This document shows, piece by piece, positions 51,571-64,000 of a stretch of 64,000 bases of DNA. The notes below the pieces were generated by a model that saw only the letters and a program-made list of their open reading frames with translations, was not told where the DNA came from and did not search any database. A program made the translations under genes and the position numbers. The stretch's first letter is position 1. Each line of letters opens with the position of its first letter. Origin of the DNA: Octopus sinensis (taxonomy: Eukaryota); assembly GCF_006345805.1 (NCBI RefSeq), contig NC_043002.1, positions 44,206,001 through 44,270,000 of the forward strand, in the 5' to 3' direction.

Positions 51571-53468
51571 AGCAGAAGGTGGCGAGCTTGGCAGATTCGT
51601 TAGAACGCGTGGCAAAATGCGTAGCGGTATTTCGTCCGTTTTCATGTTCTAAGTTGTGCCAATATATTCAAAGGGATTTATCATCCTCAGTGTTATATTT
51701 GCAAAAGTCTGGAAGTGTTTAAGTGATCCTAATATGTAACCATATTGGAGGCGAATAGATTGAATATGAATGTAATGTATAATAGATATGCAGTTGAAAA
51801 TATATTTAAAAATCTGTTGGTTTAGATAACAATTTAAGTTATGTGCTATAAGTTCGGTTTATTTTAAATATTAAATGTTAACTGCAGCGACTGTTTTTAA
51901 ATCTTTCATCAATTTGCAAAGCAAAATCTTTAATTTATCCAGGTTATAAGACTATTTCGTTTCTGTTTTATATAATTTTTCACGTGTTTTATATATGATT
52001 CATATAATTTTCTTATACTTTATAAGATTTTTGTTATATTACTTCAAGAAGAATACCAGGTCTTAAAATGTATACACTTAGATAGTATCGTGGCTTATTT
52101 CAGATGGGTTTGAAACATAACCGTTCTTTTAAATCTACCATGTGAAACAAAAATGGCATTAATTTAATTATATACGTAGTAAGAGGACTCATATAAAGCG
52201 GCTAAAATACGGATAAAAGATATGTATACATAATTTTAATCCCTTATACACTTGAATTTAAAAGGATATCGCTGTATGAATTTTTCTTGGTGAAATATTT
52301 CTATTAGACACTACGTGTGAAGGCGCATGAAAACTTAACTAAACACCACAAGGCATTTTTATTGGTTCTCTATCGAACCTTCCATCCATCTCACTTGTAA
52401 CTAGACTACAACACCATGAGGTAACCTTAAAGTGATTGTACACAGACAAGCAGCCAAATCCATTAAAAGCGAGGTGATCAGAGCTGCAACTTTAGTTATA
52501 CACAATTCCACCGTGGGGTTAAGGGACAGCAATAATTGCATCCTTGAGAGGACAGGTAATTCATATTTTAGACACCTCTTTACATAATACCACAGTAAAT
52601 GTAAAAAAAAAAAATTAATTTACAGAACACTACAAATACTAACTGTTATTTACATACTCATATGTTAAATGGATTGTATCACAGCATTCTAAATGTAAGT
52701 ACGAAGCTTCTGAGAAACCTTCTCGTTATGAAAGGGTTAATCCTAAAATTGCTTTAGTTACTCTTCATAAACAGGCTGTAAGAGAGGACATTTAACGTAA
52801 GAATTCCTTTTCATGGGATATTGAAGAAACCACGACGTTTTAACAATATATGAAGTGTATAATTCTTAGGAGAAAATACTAAACCTAAAGTAATTTATTA
52901 TCATTATCATGAAAAATCTGTAATAATTCTAAAACAAAATATGAAGGAGGGTAATAAGATAATGAGTCAGCCAATAGCATAAAACAGAACTTTCTTCGTG
53001 TGCTTTAACACCTGTTTATGCTTACACCGAGAATGGAAAACATCAATTATATATATATATATATATGCGATATATTTGTGCACGTATATACGTATGTGTT
53101 TGTATGTCTGTGTCTGTCTCCCTCTTCCTTATATAGATTTTATATACGTAATGTGTGTACTTATATGTGCTTATATGCACACATAGTGTATTTCTTTTCT
53201 AGTATATGTGGGGGCACTGGCACGTCAAAAAATAAACTCACCTTCTGCGTGTCGTGAAGGGCGACTAAAAGAGGTTGAAGTAGGTGTTACACTCCGACCT
53301 CGTAAAATCTTCATTAGTAACGAGTACACAAACAGACCCTTGAGGCGGTGGGTTGTCGCCTGAGTAGTACAAAGGGATCCATCCTCCAAGAGTAAAGAAT
53401 CACTAATAAATGGTGGATGTAGCAAAACACTGTTTCAGCGAATGCTCCCGTAGTACTACTGCTACTGT

Positions 53469-53501
<33 letters not shown>

Positions 53502-54354
53502 CACTACTACTACCAGACTAAGAAAACCAGACTAAGAAAAGCATTTGACACACACACCAGAATGTGAGTTTTCTGTAAATTTTGCTTAATTGGAGTTTAA
53601 ATTTTAAAAACTGGACCTGGCATGACGCGATGCATTGTACTCTTAAAATTGCTAGGTAAATTGTAATTGAAGAAATCCTATATTGTAGATTTGTATAACT
53701 CCCAAAGGGAGGCAGATAAAATCTGCCTTTTATAATAAGAGATATATATATAAATACACGCACACTCTCATACATACAGTCGCATACCCACGCGTACAGT
53801 ATGTATCTGTATTGGCACGCGTGCGCTCGTGTGTATGTATGAAAGTATTATGTATGTATGTGTGTTTGTGTGTGTGTTTGTGCGTCTGTGTCTGTGTGCA
53901 TGTATGTATATGCATATAACAATTTCGGTTGCCCTTAGAGCTTATGAAACATAAGCTTGTTGGTAAAATCCAGGAACCTGTAATCATTCGTCAATGTCAC
54001 CATGTACTATTATGTTACATTCCCACTTTCACAAAGTAGCTGCACATTACCATTTTAGATATATAGGCAACATCATTTCGAACAACTGGTCAAGGAAATT
54101 CTAAATTCCCATCTGTTAGATCATATATATTTGAGCTGCTCAAAGTGAGAACTTTCAACAAATCATTTCAGTTTGTACATTAAAGTTTCGGTACTTTGCA
54201 ATGTGTGTCCACTCTTTTGTCTGAATTTTAGAAAGGGACACATATCATAAGCATACTATGACCAATGAAGCCGTTAGCATCAAATATCTACAAAAGATTC
54301 ACTGGGGTAACTGGAGGGATAAGACTGCGCACACAGTAGTTCTCCGTCAAGAAG

Positions 54355-54640
54355 GCTCGTGGCTTAGTGATTGGGGTATTCAGCTCACTTAGTGTTTAGG
54401 GTATTCGGCTCCTAGAGAAAGGCACTTTATTTCACAGTGCTCCAATCCACTCAGCTGTCAAAAATATGTAGTACCTGTCTTTCAAGGGGCCAACCTTGTC
54501 ACGCTGAATTTCCATGACAACTACGTTAGCAGTATACGTGTCAGTTGAATGCTCAGCTATTTGCACGTTAATTTCACGAGCAGGCTGTTCCATTGATCGG
54601 ATCATCTGGAACCATTGTAGTTGTAATCGACCGACCGCCA
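54355..54640 (+). mobile_element. SINE family C
   Basis: Matches the reverse complement of 36860-37133. Confidence 0.8.
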
Positions 54641-55577
54641 GTAAGTTCTCCATCGAACCAATTCTAAAATGATTTTAATCCTCTTTCTACAATTACGAAC
54701 GGAGAGAGCTGTATTTGTTTTCCAGTGACAGGTTTAAGGTACTGCTCAGGATATGACTATATAGAAGCAGGTTCTATTTTATAGTTGTAATATTAAGGAT
54801 GAAAATGACAAATAAGAAGTTTATAAGAACCTACACTGTGCTTTATCGTATTCCGCAGCAAAACGTACTCATCCATCATCTCTACGTTGAGAAAACTAAA
54901 TCTGCTTTGTAGACGTCCAAATTATATTCACTCATGAATTTCATCCCGCAATAAAGTAAAATTTTGTCGTAAAACAGAACAAAACAAAACATTTGACTAC
55001 TGTGTATCGCCGGTAAAAGGAAAATTGATCACTTCCCGAGGGAGAATTACTTTCAGCAAAGGAGACAAGTAATATATTCGACTTAGTATAGAATTTCTTA
55101 TTCGAATTTTTAAGTTTATGTTAACATCAGTAATTTCTTTCTCGGAAATGGAAATTAATTTGCTTTAATTTACATTCTAATATTCATATATGCAAATCAT
55201 GCATTCCTTTGTTGTATTTGTGCGTCATTTTGTTATGTAAATATCGATGTCATTAAGATATTACAGCTATGAAATATATCCTTGGAATAGAAGAATAGGC
55301 TTCGAAGAAGGTATATTCATAAGAGTTACAAATAAAACTTGTTTCATTCGTCTCCTTTTGAATTAATTTTCTTCGTAATTTGAGTCAGAGACATGAAACA
55401 ACAAATTATTAGTTGTGCAACACGAAATTATAAATTACTGTAAATGTTATATAGAAAATGCAGTGAATTGACAGAACCATTGTAGCGATAAAAATGCTCT
55501 GCTTAACTTTGAGCGTACGTTTGTGTTCTGACTATCATCTATGCGACAAAATTAAGTTTATTATTACTTAAGAAATT

Positions 55578-55790
55578 AAGGCGGCAAGCTGGCAGAATCA
55601 TTAGCGAACTGGACGAAATGCTTAACGGTAATTCGCTGCGTTCTGAGTTCAAATTCCGCCGAGGTCGACTTTGCCTTTCATCCTTTCAGGGTCGATAAAC
55701 TAAGTACCAATGGATCACAGGGATCGATATAACCGACTAGTCCCCTTCCCCAAATTTTCATATCTTGTGTCTATAGTAGATAGGATTATT
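55578..55790 (+). mobile_element. SINE family A
   Basis: AAGGCGGCAAGCTGGCAGAATC...GTTCTGAGTTCAAATTCCGCCGAGGTCGACTTTGCC. Confidence 0.9.
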
Positions 55791-56953
55791 ACATAGGAAA
55801 TTAGTACACCTCGTATCACAGTGATTACTGAAGAGAAATTGTCCAGTAGAAAACGGGTGAAGTTTTTGGCGGCGATCATCGTATTTCTACTGAAGATAAA
55901 AAGTGGATTTCATTAGATCTCATAATACAACACCCTATATTTGGTGATTAACAACTTAAGTCAATCCTCAGCAATCTATGGAAAATAAATCAGTATCTAG
56001 CTAATTATATAGTCCATTTTATGACTCATTAACTCTTACAAATTAAACCTTTTTTCTATCATATAAAGAAAATGAACACGTTCGCAAAAGTATAGCGAGA
56101 AATTCCTTTTAAATCCGATGTGAAGGAAGAAATAACATGTTTTCAATATTCATTGTTTTTTTTTTCCCTTTCTACAATATTTATATAAATATATATAAAT
56201 TGTTTTAAAAACTTCACGATTTTGTAATCTTTATTCAGCTAAACGTTGTCAATATGTCTTTTTATATAGATAGATATACCTCTTTAAAATAAGTCTTGTC
56301 ATTTCGTAGAATCTCTTTTTACAACTGTTGCCAAATTTGATATACAAACTTTTAATTATGACTGAATTAATATAGTTTGTGATTGAATTATTTCGTTAAT
56401 AACATTTTAATAGGTTTCTAACATAGAAAACAAACATTCAACAGAATTTCGTATCAAACTTTAGTTAATAAACAAATCTAGCCTCAAACCGCTTTTCTAG
56501 TATATGTTTAAAGTTAATACTTAGGAATTTGTTGACAGCTCAACCTGTAATCTATTATCTTTATTCGAAACAATGATGATGATGATGATAATTTTAGATA
56601 TTTCAGAAATTGCTTCAAATATATTTCGATGGTTCTTGCTGGAGTTTAGTTAACTTTGGGTTAGTTAAAGCAGTGATAACATTGTTTGGTTTAAGATATT
56701 CATTATTTAATTACATATGATGGAAATATTCAGCGTTGAGAACTATCTCATTTTAGATTTAAAAAATAGAAAAATCCCTTGTGAAACCAATTATATTTTT
56801 GTACTGTAATACGCTAACTTATATCAGTTTATATTTAAAACTATAAAATTTATTTCAAACTAAAAGAAACATAACAAAAAGCATTTTTCTTTTAGAGAAA
56901 AGTTTGTAAGTTTCACGTATTATCTAAGTGTTTTGTTTATGTGTTTCTTGCAG

Positions 56954-57101
56954 CACGTCATACATAAGGATGCAGATGAATTGTTTCTCTTAGTCGGAGC
57001 AGAAAACTTCTACATTAAATATGAAGTCAAAGTACAAGCATTCAACTTGTATGGGGATGGACCGAATTCTACAGTTGTAGAAGTTTACTCCGCTGAAGGA
57101 A
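56954..57101 (+). CDS. CNTN: contactin-like exon (FN3 C-terminal half)
   Basis: TTGCAG|CAC...GGA A|GTGTGT. Encodes HVIHKDADELFLLVGAENFYIKYEVKVQAFNLYGDGPNSTVVEVYSAEG. Phase 0/1. Confidence 0.92.
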
Positions 57102-58024
57102 GTGTGTATCTGAATTTGATAATTCCCCCACCTTCAATTTAACTTCCATACAATTACTGCCATAAAGCTGATAAATGAAATCATAGAAATACTTCTATGA
57201 TATCTAAGAAAATTTGATTAACACTTCTCATAATCTGTCAATTTAAAGTTTGTATGTTTACCGAATTCACTTCCTTATCCTCAACATTCAATTGGAACAG
57301 TAAATTAACGATAATATATCTTACAAAATACCTCTTTAGTTGTTTGTGGTTTTATTTGTGGTATTTTTAATACAAATTTGACATTTAATCATTTACGTCA
57401 ATCCTGGGGAAAGAGATGGGAAAAGGTTCTTCTACCTTACGACCGCATAGATAATTTTCTTAGACTTTGATCAGAATCCAATACAAGTAAAACTTGTCAG
57501 AGTTAATTAAAACTTCTCCAATGTTATTTTTAAGAAGTTTATAGTCAACTTTCCTAAAGCTTTAGTCAGTAATTTTAAAAGTATTCGATAATTTTAAAAG
57601 CTGAAATATGCCGGGAAAACTATATTTCTGCATTTTCTAAAATAATGATTTAACTTTACTAAAAAGTTTTATTAAAAAATGTATGAAATGATTTAGATGA
57701 TGTGATGTTTACGTTTTGCTAAGGATATTGGTGTAATTTTACGAATTATTTACATCTCAAAATTTAATATTCTTTCAGTTACATTTGACAGTCACCATTA
57801 CGTTTTGTCTTAAATGCTGTCAAACAATGTGTGATGAAGAGGTTTAAATTTAATGAAATATAATAGGAGCTTGCACGTCTGTCTGTATGTCAAATTATAT
57901 TCTATTCTGTTATATGATGCTAGAAAGAGCATCTAATATAGAAACTACATTTTGTGTAAGCATTAAAACTGCCAGTTTCACTTTTGAAACTTTTAGAAAT
58001 TAAAATTTTATTGCTTTAATTTGC

Positions 58025-58232
58025 CTCAAAGTTTGGCAAAAAGCCAGAAATTTTGAGGCATTAGTCGATTACATTCTCCCTAGTACTTGACTGGTGCTTA
58101 TTCTATCGACCCTCAATGGATAATATAAAAAAAAGTTGGTCTGGGCGAGATTTGAACCTTGTACGCAAAGAGCCATATGAAATGCAGTTAAACATTTTTC
58201 CTGACGTTATAACTGTTCTGTCAGCTCACCAC
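58025..58232 (-). mobile_element. SINE family A, diverged
   Basis: TTTGGC...TTATTCTATCGACCC...GAGATTTGAAC...GTTCTGTCAGCTCACCAC. Confidence 0.65.
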
Positions 58233-58829
58233 TATTAAAAGATATTACTGGCTTCCAATAAAAATTAGGTAGATCAATTATTGCCTGTTCGTAAGAATTA
58301 TGAACGACGATAAAAGATTATTAAAAAGTAATATCTTTATAATGCCACGAAAATAACTTTAAAAATAAGACAGAGAACTTCCAAACTTTGTATAATCCAA
58401 ATTTAAATCATGTTGTATATTAGTTCTATTACATTAACATGAACGAACATAAGAGCATAATCATCCCAATATCGCAATGATTAGAAAAAAAAGTATTGTG
58501 TTTCAAACAGAAATTCAAATTTGTGTATCTTCAAATTCAAATGATGTATAAAATTATTGCATTGCTCTCTAATGCACATTTATGTTATACTGACACCAAA
58601 TGATTTAGGAATATATAGAGCAACATATATAGATCATGGATATACTTGAACGATAGCTTTTAAGGTAGCTTCTTAGAAATGTCTTGTAAAATTTAATTGA
58701 TTGCCTTTATATTTAGAGACCTAAACTTTCAGTGAGTTGGTCTATAAACTTTTTTGATGCTCAATTATATGAAAATATCAATGAAGATAAGATCTTTAAG
58801 AAACCTGCTATATGTATCTATATAAGCGT

Positions 58830-59040
58830 GGGTGTGGGGGGGTCTTTGTGATTGTCACCTATCACCGCCTAACGGTCAATCATGGCTTGTTTACGTTCCT
58901 GTAACTTTGCAGTTTGACAAGACAGATCGATAAAATAAATACCAGGCTTTAAAGAACACCAAATACGCAGATCAAATTGTTCGAATAAACACTTAAACAC
59001 TTCAAGGCGGTGTCTCAGCATGGCCGGACTCCAATGAGAG
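58830..59040 (+). mobile_element. SINE family B 3' tail
   Basis: GTTTACGTTCCTGTAACTT...AAGGCGGTGTCTCAGCATGGCC. Confidence 0.6.
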
Positions 59041-59394
59041 CAGCAAGTGCCAAAATGTAAAACTAATTTTACTAAAACTGTTGGTTTACTGGCCAGAATG
59101 TTTGTTACTAATTCAAGTAAGAGGTTAAAAATGAATCTTTAGTGCGGATGAGGCACTGCAAAAACTTAATTGCCATTATTTGACAAAATGGTTTTGTAGA
59201 TAGAGCTGCTCACTTCTAAATACGCACGCAATTCTGTGATGTGTATCTTTCTCCTGCCCACTCTGCAGCATTTAGCCACGCCCCTCTTCATCCTCAGTTA
59301 AAACTTCACTGAGGTTGGGAAAATAAATCGGTGCTCTACATCTGTTTGATATACCATAATTGGTAAGCTTCATGTCCGGCCATAATTGGTTAGC

Positions 59395-59560
59395 TTCGTT
59401 TCGTCCGGCCTTACGTTCTGAATTCAAATTCCGCCAAGATCGATTTCGCCTCTCATTCTTTCGGGGTCGATAAAATAAGTATCAGTTGAACATTGGGGTA
59501 AATGTAATTGACCTAGCCCCTTTTCTGAAATTGCTGGCCTTGTGCCAAAATTTGAAACTA
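59395..59560 (+). mobile_element. SINE family A
   Basis: TACGTTCTGAATTCAAATTCCGCCAAG...GGCCTTGTGCCAAAATTTGAAAC. Confidence 0.85.
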
Positions 59561-59648
59561 ATACTTTAAAATATTCTCTTTGGCGAGGAGTCCTTTATTA
59601 CTGTTAATAAAATGTTTCTTTTACGATTAAACATTGAAATAATAAAAA

Positions 59649-59804
59649 TTATTATATATTGTTTGAACAGATTTTAACTATTACGAGAATGAGAATACGA
59701 AGATAAAACGTGATGACAAAGTTATTATTATATATTGTTTGAACAGATTTTAACTATTACGAGAATGAGAATACGAAGATAAAACGTGATGACAAAGTTA
59801 TTAT
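59649..59804. repeat. perfect 76 bp tandem duplication
   Basis: TTATTATATATTGTTTGAACAG...GATGACAAAGTTA occurs twice, period 76. Confidence 0.95.
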
Positions 59805-59825
59805 AGAATAAATTTCCATTTTTAG

Positions 59826-59947
59826 TGCCTACCGTGGTTCCAGATAATGTTAACGTGGTTACATACAATGGCACTGCTGTTACTGTATTGTGGACCCCAG
59901 TACCTGATACACATGCAGACATGAAAGGGGTTGTCCAAGGATACCAA
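59826..59947 (+). CDS. CNTN: contactin-like exon (start of the third FN3 repeat in the window)
   Basis: TTTTTAG|TG CCT...CAA|GTAAGT. Encodes (M)PTVVPDNVNVVTYNGTAVTVLWTPVPDTHADMKGVVQGYQ. Phase 1/0. Confidence 0.92.
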
Positions 59948-59994
59948 GTAAGTATAAATGCTCCACTAATATAAATGTGTCTCTTTAACAAAAT

Positions 59995-60192
59995 ATTGGC
60001 TTCAAATTTTGGCACAAGGTCAGAAATTTCGGAGAAGGGCGTAAGTCGTTCACGTCGACCCTAGCAATCAACTGGCATTTATTTTATTGATCACAAAAGG
60101 GTGAAAGGCAACCTCGACTTCGGTGGAATTTAAACTCCGAATGTAAAGACGGATGAAATGCTACTAAGCATTTTGCTCGGCGTGCTATGATT
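59995..60192 (-). mobile_element. SINE family A
   Basis: TTCAAATTTTGGCACAAGG...GAAAGGCAACCTCGAC...GGTGGAATTTAAACTC. Confidence 0.85.
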
Positions 60193-60649
60193 CTCTCCAC
60201 CTTTTCACATTAACAAATATATTAACAACAGTAGCTTTATTTCAGTTAATTTCAAATAATTTAATCATATGATTTTGTTTTCTTGAATAAAGTGTGATAC
60301 TCGCGATGAAATAAACAAAAGAAATTAATGAAATAACGATGTATATATCGTTATTGTAGATCGTGTTTCGATAAAATAATTTTCCATTATCAAGTTCTCT
60401 TTGATACAGTCAATAAAATAATTGGAAAGAAAACGAAAATATTCAGCTTTGAACTGAAAAAAACTCACAATTTCAAAAATTCATTTCTCATCTACTTGAT
60501 ATCTGTAGGTTATTTGAAAATAAACAGAGAAAATTGTAAACTGAAAATAATGAATATTATGTTAATCATTTTAGGATTTCACAATTAGATATTGAAATAT
60601 AATCTACAAAAATAGGTTCCAATTCTGTAATCTTACAATCATTTCATAT

Positions 60650-62560
60650 TTTCTAACACACACATATAAGGATATTTGTGCATGGACACCATCAACATTG
60701 CCTTTTCTTTCCTTTTTCTCGTTCTCATATTTGTCGCCACCCTTAACTTCATCCTCCCCACTTCACCATCAAGATGTTCATGATCATCAGCTTCATAATC
60801 GTCAATAAGTTTTCAAAACAAAATTAAGTCTTGACTCTCTATCCATAACAAACTTATCAACTAGATCTCTCCGTTTGATGTTTTTGCATCAAGCATTAAC
60901 AACAGAATTGAAAAGAAATCTGGAGAAAGTTTATAATATATTTCAAACAGATCGTTCGTCTTGTCGAATTTATCACATATTGCACCTGCTTTCCATTTAT
61001 TTCACCTAGTTTAGCTGTTGGCTGTTGCGGGAAACCATTGTTGAGATTTCTAATTTTCACATTTATTTTAATAGATAGAGGTCTTCAAGTAAGACAAGTA
61101 ATGTATTCAAGGTTGTTCTTTTTTTTACCGAATTTAAATCCGATCCTGATATTAATGTTAGAAGTATTCTGAGATTTATAAAAGTTTTTGCACCATCGAA
61201 TTTGCCTAATGAAATTTTCTGTCCTCCATAAAACCACTTGAAGATTTTTGTTTATTTCACTGAAATGGCAATTGTCTCTATTGCATTGTATAATATTGCA
61301 GTCATTATATAATATTGAGTTGGATAAATCAAAAGGAAAGTGAACAATATACCAAAATGCATATATGTGATCTTATATCTGACTAATTCCATATATTTTC
61401 CAAACTTTAACTGAATAAATCACTAAAATATATGCATGGAAAATCGAACAATACTAATCATATTTTAAGAATCTAGCATAATAATGAAAATATCTCTTAG
61501 TCTCTCACTGTTAAAAAGTATATCTGCGTAGAATGTTTCCAGTTCATCAGCTTTAAGTTGCAATCGTCAGTAAATTCCGTGAATATGTAATAGACCTTCA
61601 GTTGTGTAAGTTGAATGGCTTAATGTGGTACCATAACTAGGTTCTATCTTATTGCTTACATTCTCAAACATATATTGATATGACCCTCAAATTTTCATAC
61701 AATTTAACATGCTTTCTTTCGAATCCTCAACAGAAAGAAAAGTAAACTTCCTTGAATAGGGACTAAAACTACAAATAAATCCGTATCTTAGAATCTTAAG
61801 GAGTATATATTACTGATATCATCATTCTGTATGTATTTTTATTTCACTTTGCTTTCAGATTTACATTATCTTTCATAATATTTATAACTTCATTTATCCT
61901 TTAATTTAATTTGATTCCAAATACATGCTATTTCTTGTATACATGTAATTTTTTCCTCATCATAAAATTTGAATCATCTTCACGAATATTTATTTCAATT
62001 TATTTGAAGATTTTCATCCATAATCCCAATAATTACAGCATGAAATATCCAGTAATTTAATTTAAGCCCAATGAAGTATTTGCTTTATTAATTATTACTC
62101 TCTTATTACATAAACTAATCCTTTACGGATTTTATATTTCAATATATTCTTATATGGATTTCCCCTTATAGTGTCTATAACTTCTTTCGTCCACAAATTT
62201 AACCTGAATCCAATTATAGATTGGCTTTCTTCAATTTGACTTTAACGTTATATCATTTGTATTTTTAGTTTTCCCTTTATTATTGATATTTCTCCCAGCT
62301 ACTAATTTATTAAAGCGTTTTATGTCTTCCCATTTCGATAACACTTCCAGGAAACTCTGATCATATTTTAAAACAAGTATAGATTGAATCTGTTCTACAG
62401 ACCATTTACAAGTTGTAGACAATAACGGATGGTTTGCAATATAAAGGTACATTTGCTAGGACACAACAACCTCCTAAGCAGACCGAGTGCAAATATGAGC
62501 AGCATATGGGAACTGGTATTATGGAAAGATAGGAAAATATTAGATTTATAAGCCCTAAAA
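60650..62560 (-). pseudogene. possible highly decayed L1/Tx1-like ORF2 remnant
   Basis: Only faint RT-like and Cys-rich peptides on the minus strand; no open frame. Confidence 0.25.
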
Positions 62561-64000
62561 TTCACTCTATAATTACCCACGGGCATATGACGTAGTGGTT
62601 AAGAGCACGGGCTACTAACCACAAGATAATAACAACGAAAAATACCTTAGGAGTAAGAACTCAGGTTCGAAATTTCCCCCAAGACACCTAAAGAAGACTG
62701 GAGGATATATCAACCGAAACGTTGTGTTAACAACAAAGAATGTAAATAATGTACATAATTCTTCATCTCTTAAATATAGAACTGTAGAAATATTACTGTT
62801 TCTAAATCACTCAAAGAGAGATATTCAGTACAAGCTCGTTAAAGTAAAGGCTGTCCTGAAAGGGATGATTTTACTGTTGTTTAGCCCCAGCAAACACCGT
62901 TTCTAGCTGTTTATACGATACAATATCTATGTCCTTATATTTTCCGGTCCAAAGATGTTGTTTTGCACTGGATGGGAGTGCTGAGCTCCCTGTTCGAAAA
63001 TATAAGGACACAGATATATTTTAATTAATCTTAAATGATAGAGCTCAATATGAGGAATTTCATGATATGAGTCTCATGCAATGAGTTTTACAAGCAAAAA
63101 GTTGAGTATTTGTTTCTCAAATTTGTAGGTGATACTATAGTTCTATAATTTTTATATGAATATAGTTCTATAAGGGGAGTTTTATTATACGTCACCGGCA
63201 TCATTGAGGTGAGGAAAAAATTATCAACGACACCGCTATTTGCAATTAGTCACTTGACTTAATGCAATCATACCTTAAAAATAAAAACATTAAAACATTA
63301 TTGAGAAACTTATTAAATTTATTATTCAATTTTCAATAAGGTAAAATCTTAAATTATTAATTGACACATTATTAATTAGTATAACAGCATAACTTTGAAA
63401 AAAACATGGAATACATGGAAAAATGCGAGCAAGAAAAATAATATTGTTACGATTATAAGCCTAGGTAGATTTTGCTGTAATATATAACTAATTTTTGTAT
63501 TATTCTATTTATTGTACTTAGTAATTATGTACTACTACTATTTTTATAACCTATTTTCAAATTTCTAATTATTAATTAATAAAGAATTTTTTTAAAGTGC
63601 AAAAAATATTTTAGTTGAGTTATATTTTATCTTTAATAGAATTAACATGTAATAACAGACAGAAGTAATAACTTGTAATAAAAGTTTTAGTTTTAATTAA
63701 AGCTAGTATTTTTCTAAATCTAAATATTTTTTGCTTTTGAAATTTTAATCTTAGCCGCAATATTTTAAGTTCAAATTTTCTTGTTGCAAGTGAAATGAAC
63801 TGCCATTACTAGATGGTAACTAACACACGCTGAGGATGGGTAACCAGCCATTAACTCGAGTCTGTGTGTGTCTCTTAAGGCTAGAGATGGGAGCGATGAC
63901 CTTCCCTCACAAATACTAATCGGACACAGAATGTGTGTCGTTAGCCAGCCGGAGGAGATATTTTCCTGGGGCTATAAACATCAGTCGCACTGCCCTGTAT

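Noticed and set aside
53205-53280. GTCGTGAAGGGCGACTAA, resembling the HDV-like ribozyme region of RTE 5' UTRs
   Set aside because: P1, P3 and P1.1 of a nested double pseudoknot could not be assigned by eye. A covariance-model or RNArobo search would be needed.
59728-60015. Minus-strand 95 aa ORF
   Set aside because: Antisense shadow of the contactin exon at 59826-59947.
36860-62630. tRNA-like A/B-box sequences (37100-37133, 54355, 62580)
   Set aside because: These are SINE heads with no complete cloverleaf; not called as tRNA genes.
62683-62728. Hammerhead relic GACAC-CTAAAGA...GAAACGTT-GTGTT
   Set aside because: Stems I and III are recognisable, but the CUGAUGA core is mutated and stem II is mismatched; almost certainly inactive.
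59948-64000. A further contactin exon
   Set aside because: No AG...GT-bounded segment with an FN3-like phase-0 peptide was found; the next exon probably lies beyond the window.

Overview
AT-rich, microsatellite- and transposon-dense eukaryotic genomic DNA. The SINE families and (TA)n/(CA)n load suggest an octopod cephalopod, which is an inference. The only host gene I can support is on the + strand: six phase-compatible GT-AG exons (6248-6412, 25005-25145, 32969-33063, 48103-48192, 56954-57101, 59826-59947) that splice into 253 uninterrupted codons of fibronectin type III repeats of a contactin-like Ig/FN3 neural adhesion protein. The introns (2.7-18.6 kb) contain two gag/ORF1-like retroelements nested in a SINE head, a DD34D mariner, two IR/DR Tc1 copies, a DD38D Tc1/mariner, pogo and maT remnants, a near full-length CR1-clade LINE, RTE and R4/Dong fragments, several Penelope-like elements (PLEs), Helitron-like ends, many SINEs and several long fold-back elements. 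The most interesting signals are: (1) an apparently intact minimal type I hammerhead ribozyme on the sense strand of a contactin intron, plus related motifs; (2) a 1.46 kb ORF1-only element with a 12 bp target-site duplication (TSD) inside a SINE head, with a second paralogous element 4 nt away; (3) inverted SINE pairs bracketing two exons; and (4) an unusual CR1 ORF1. All folds, alignments and coordinates were worked out by eye.
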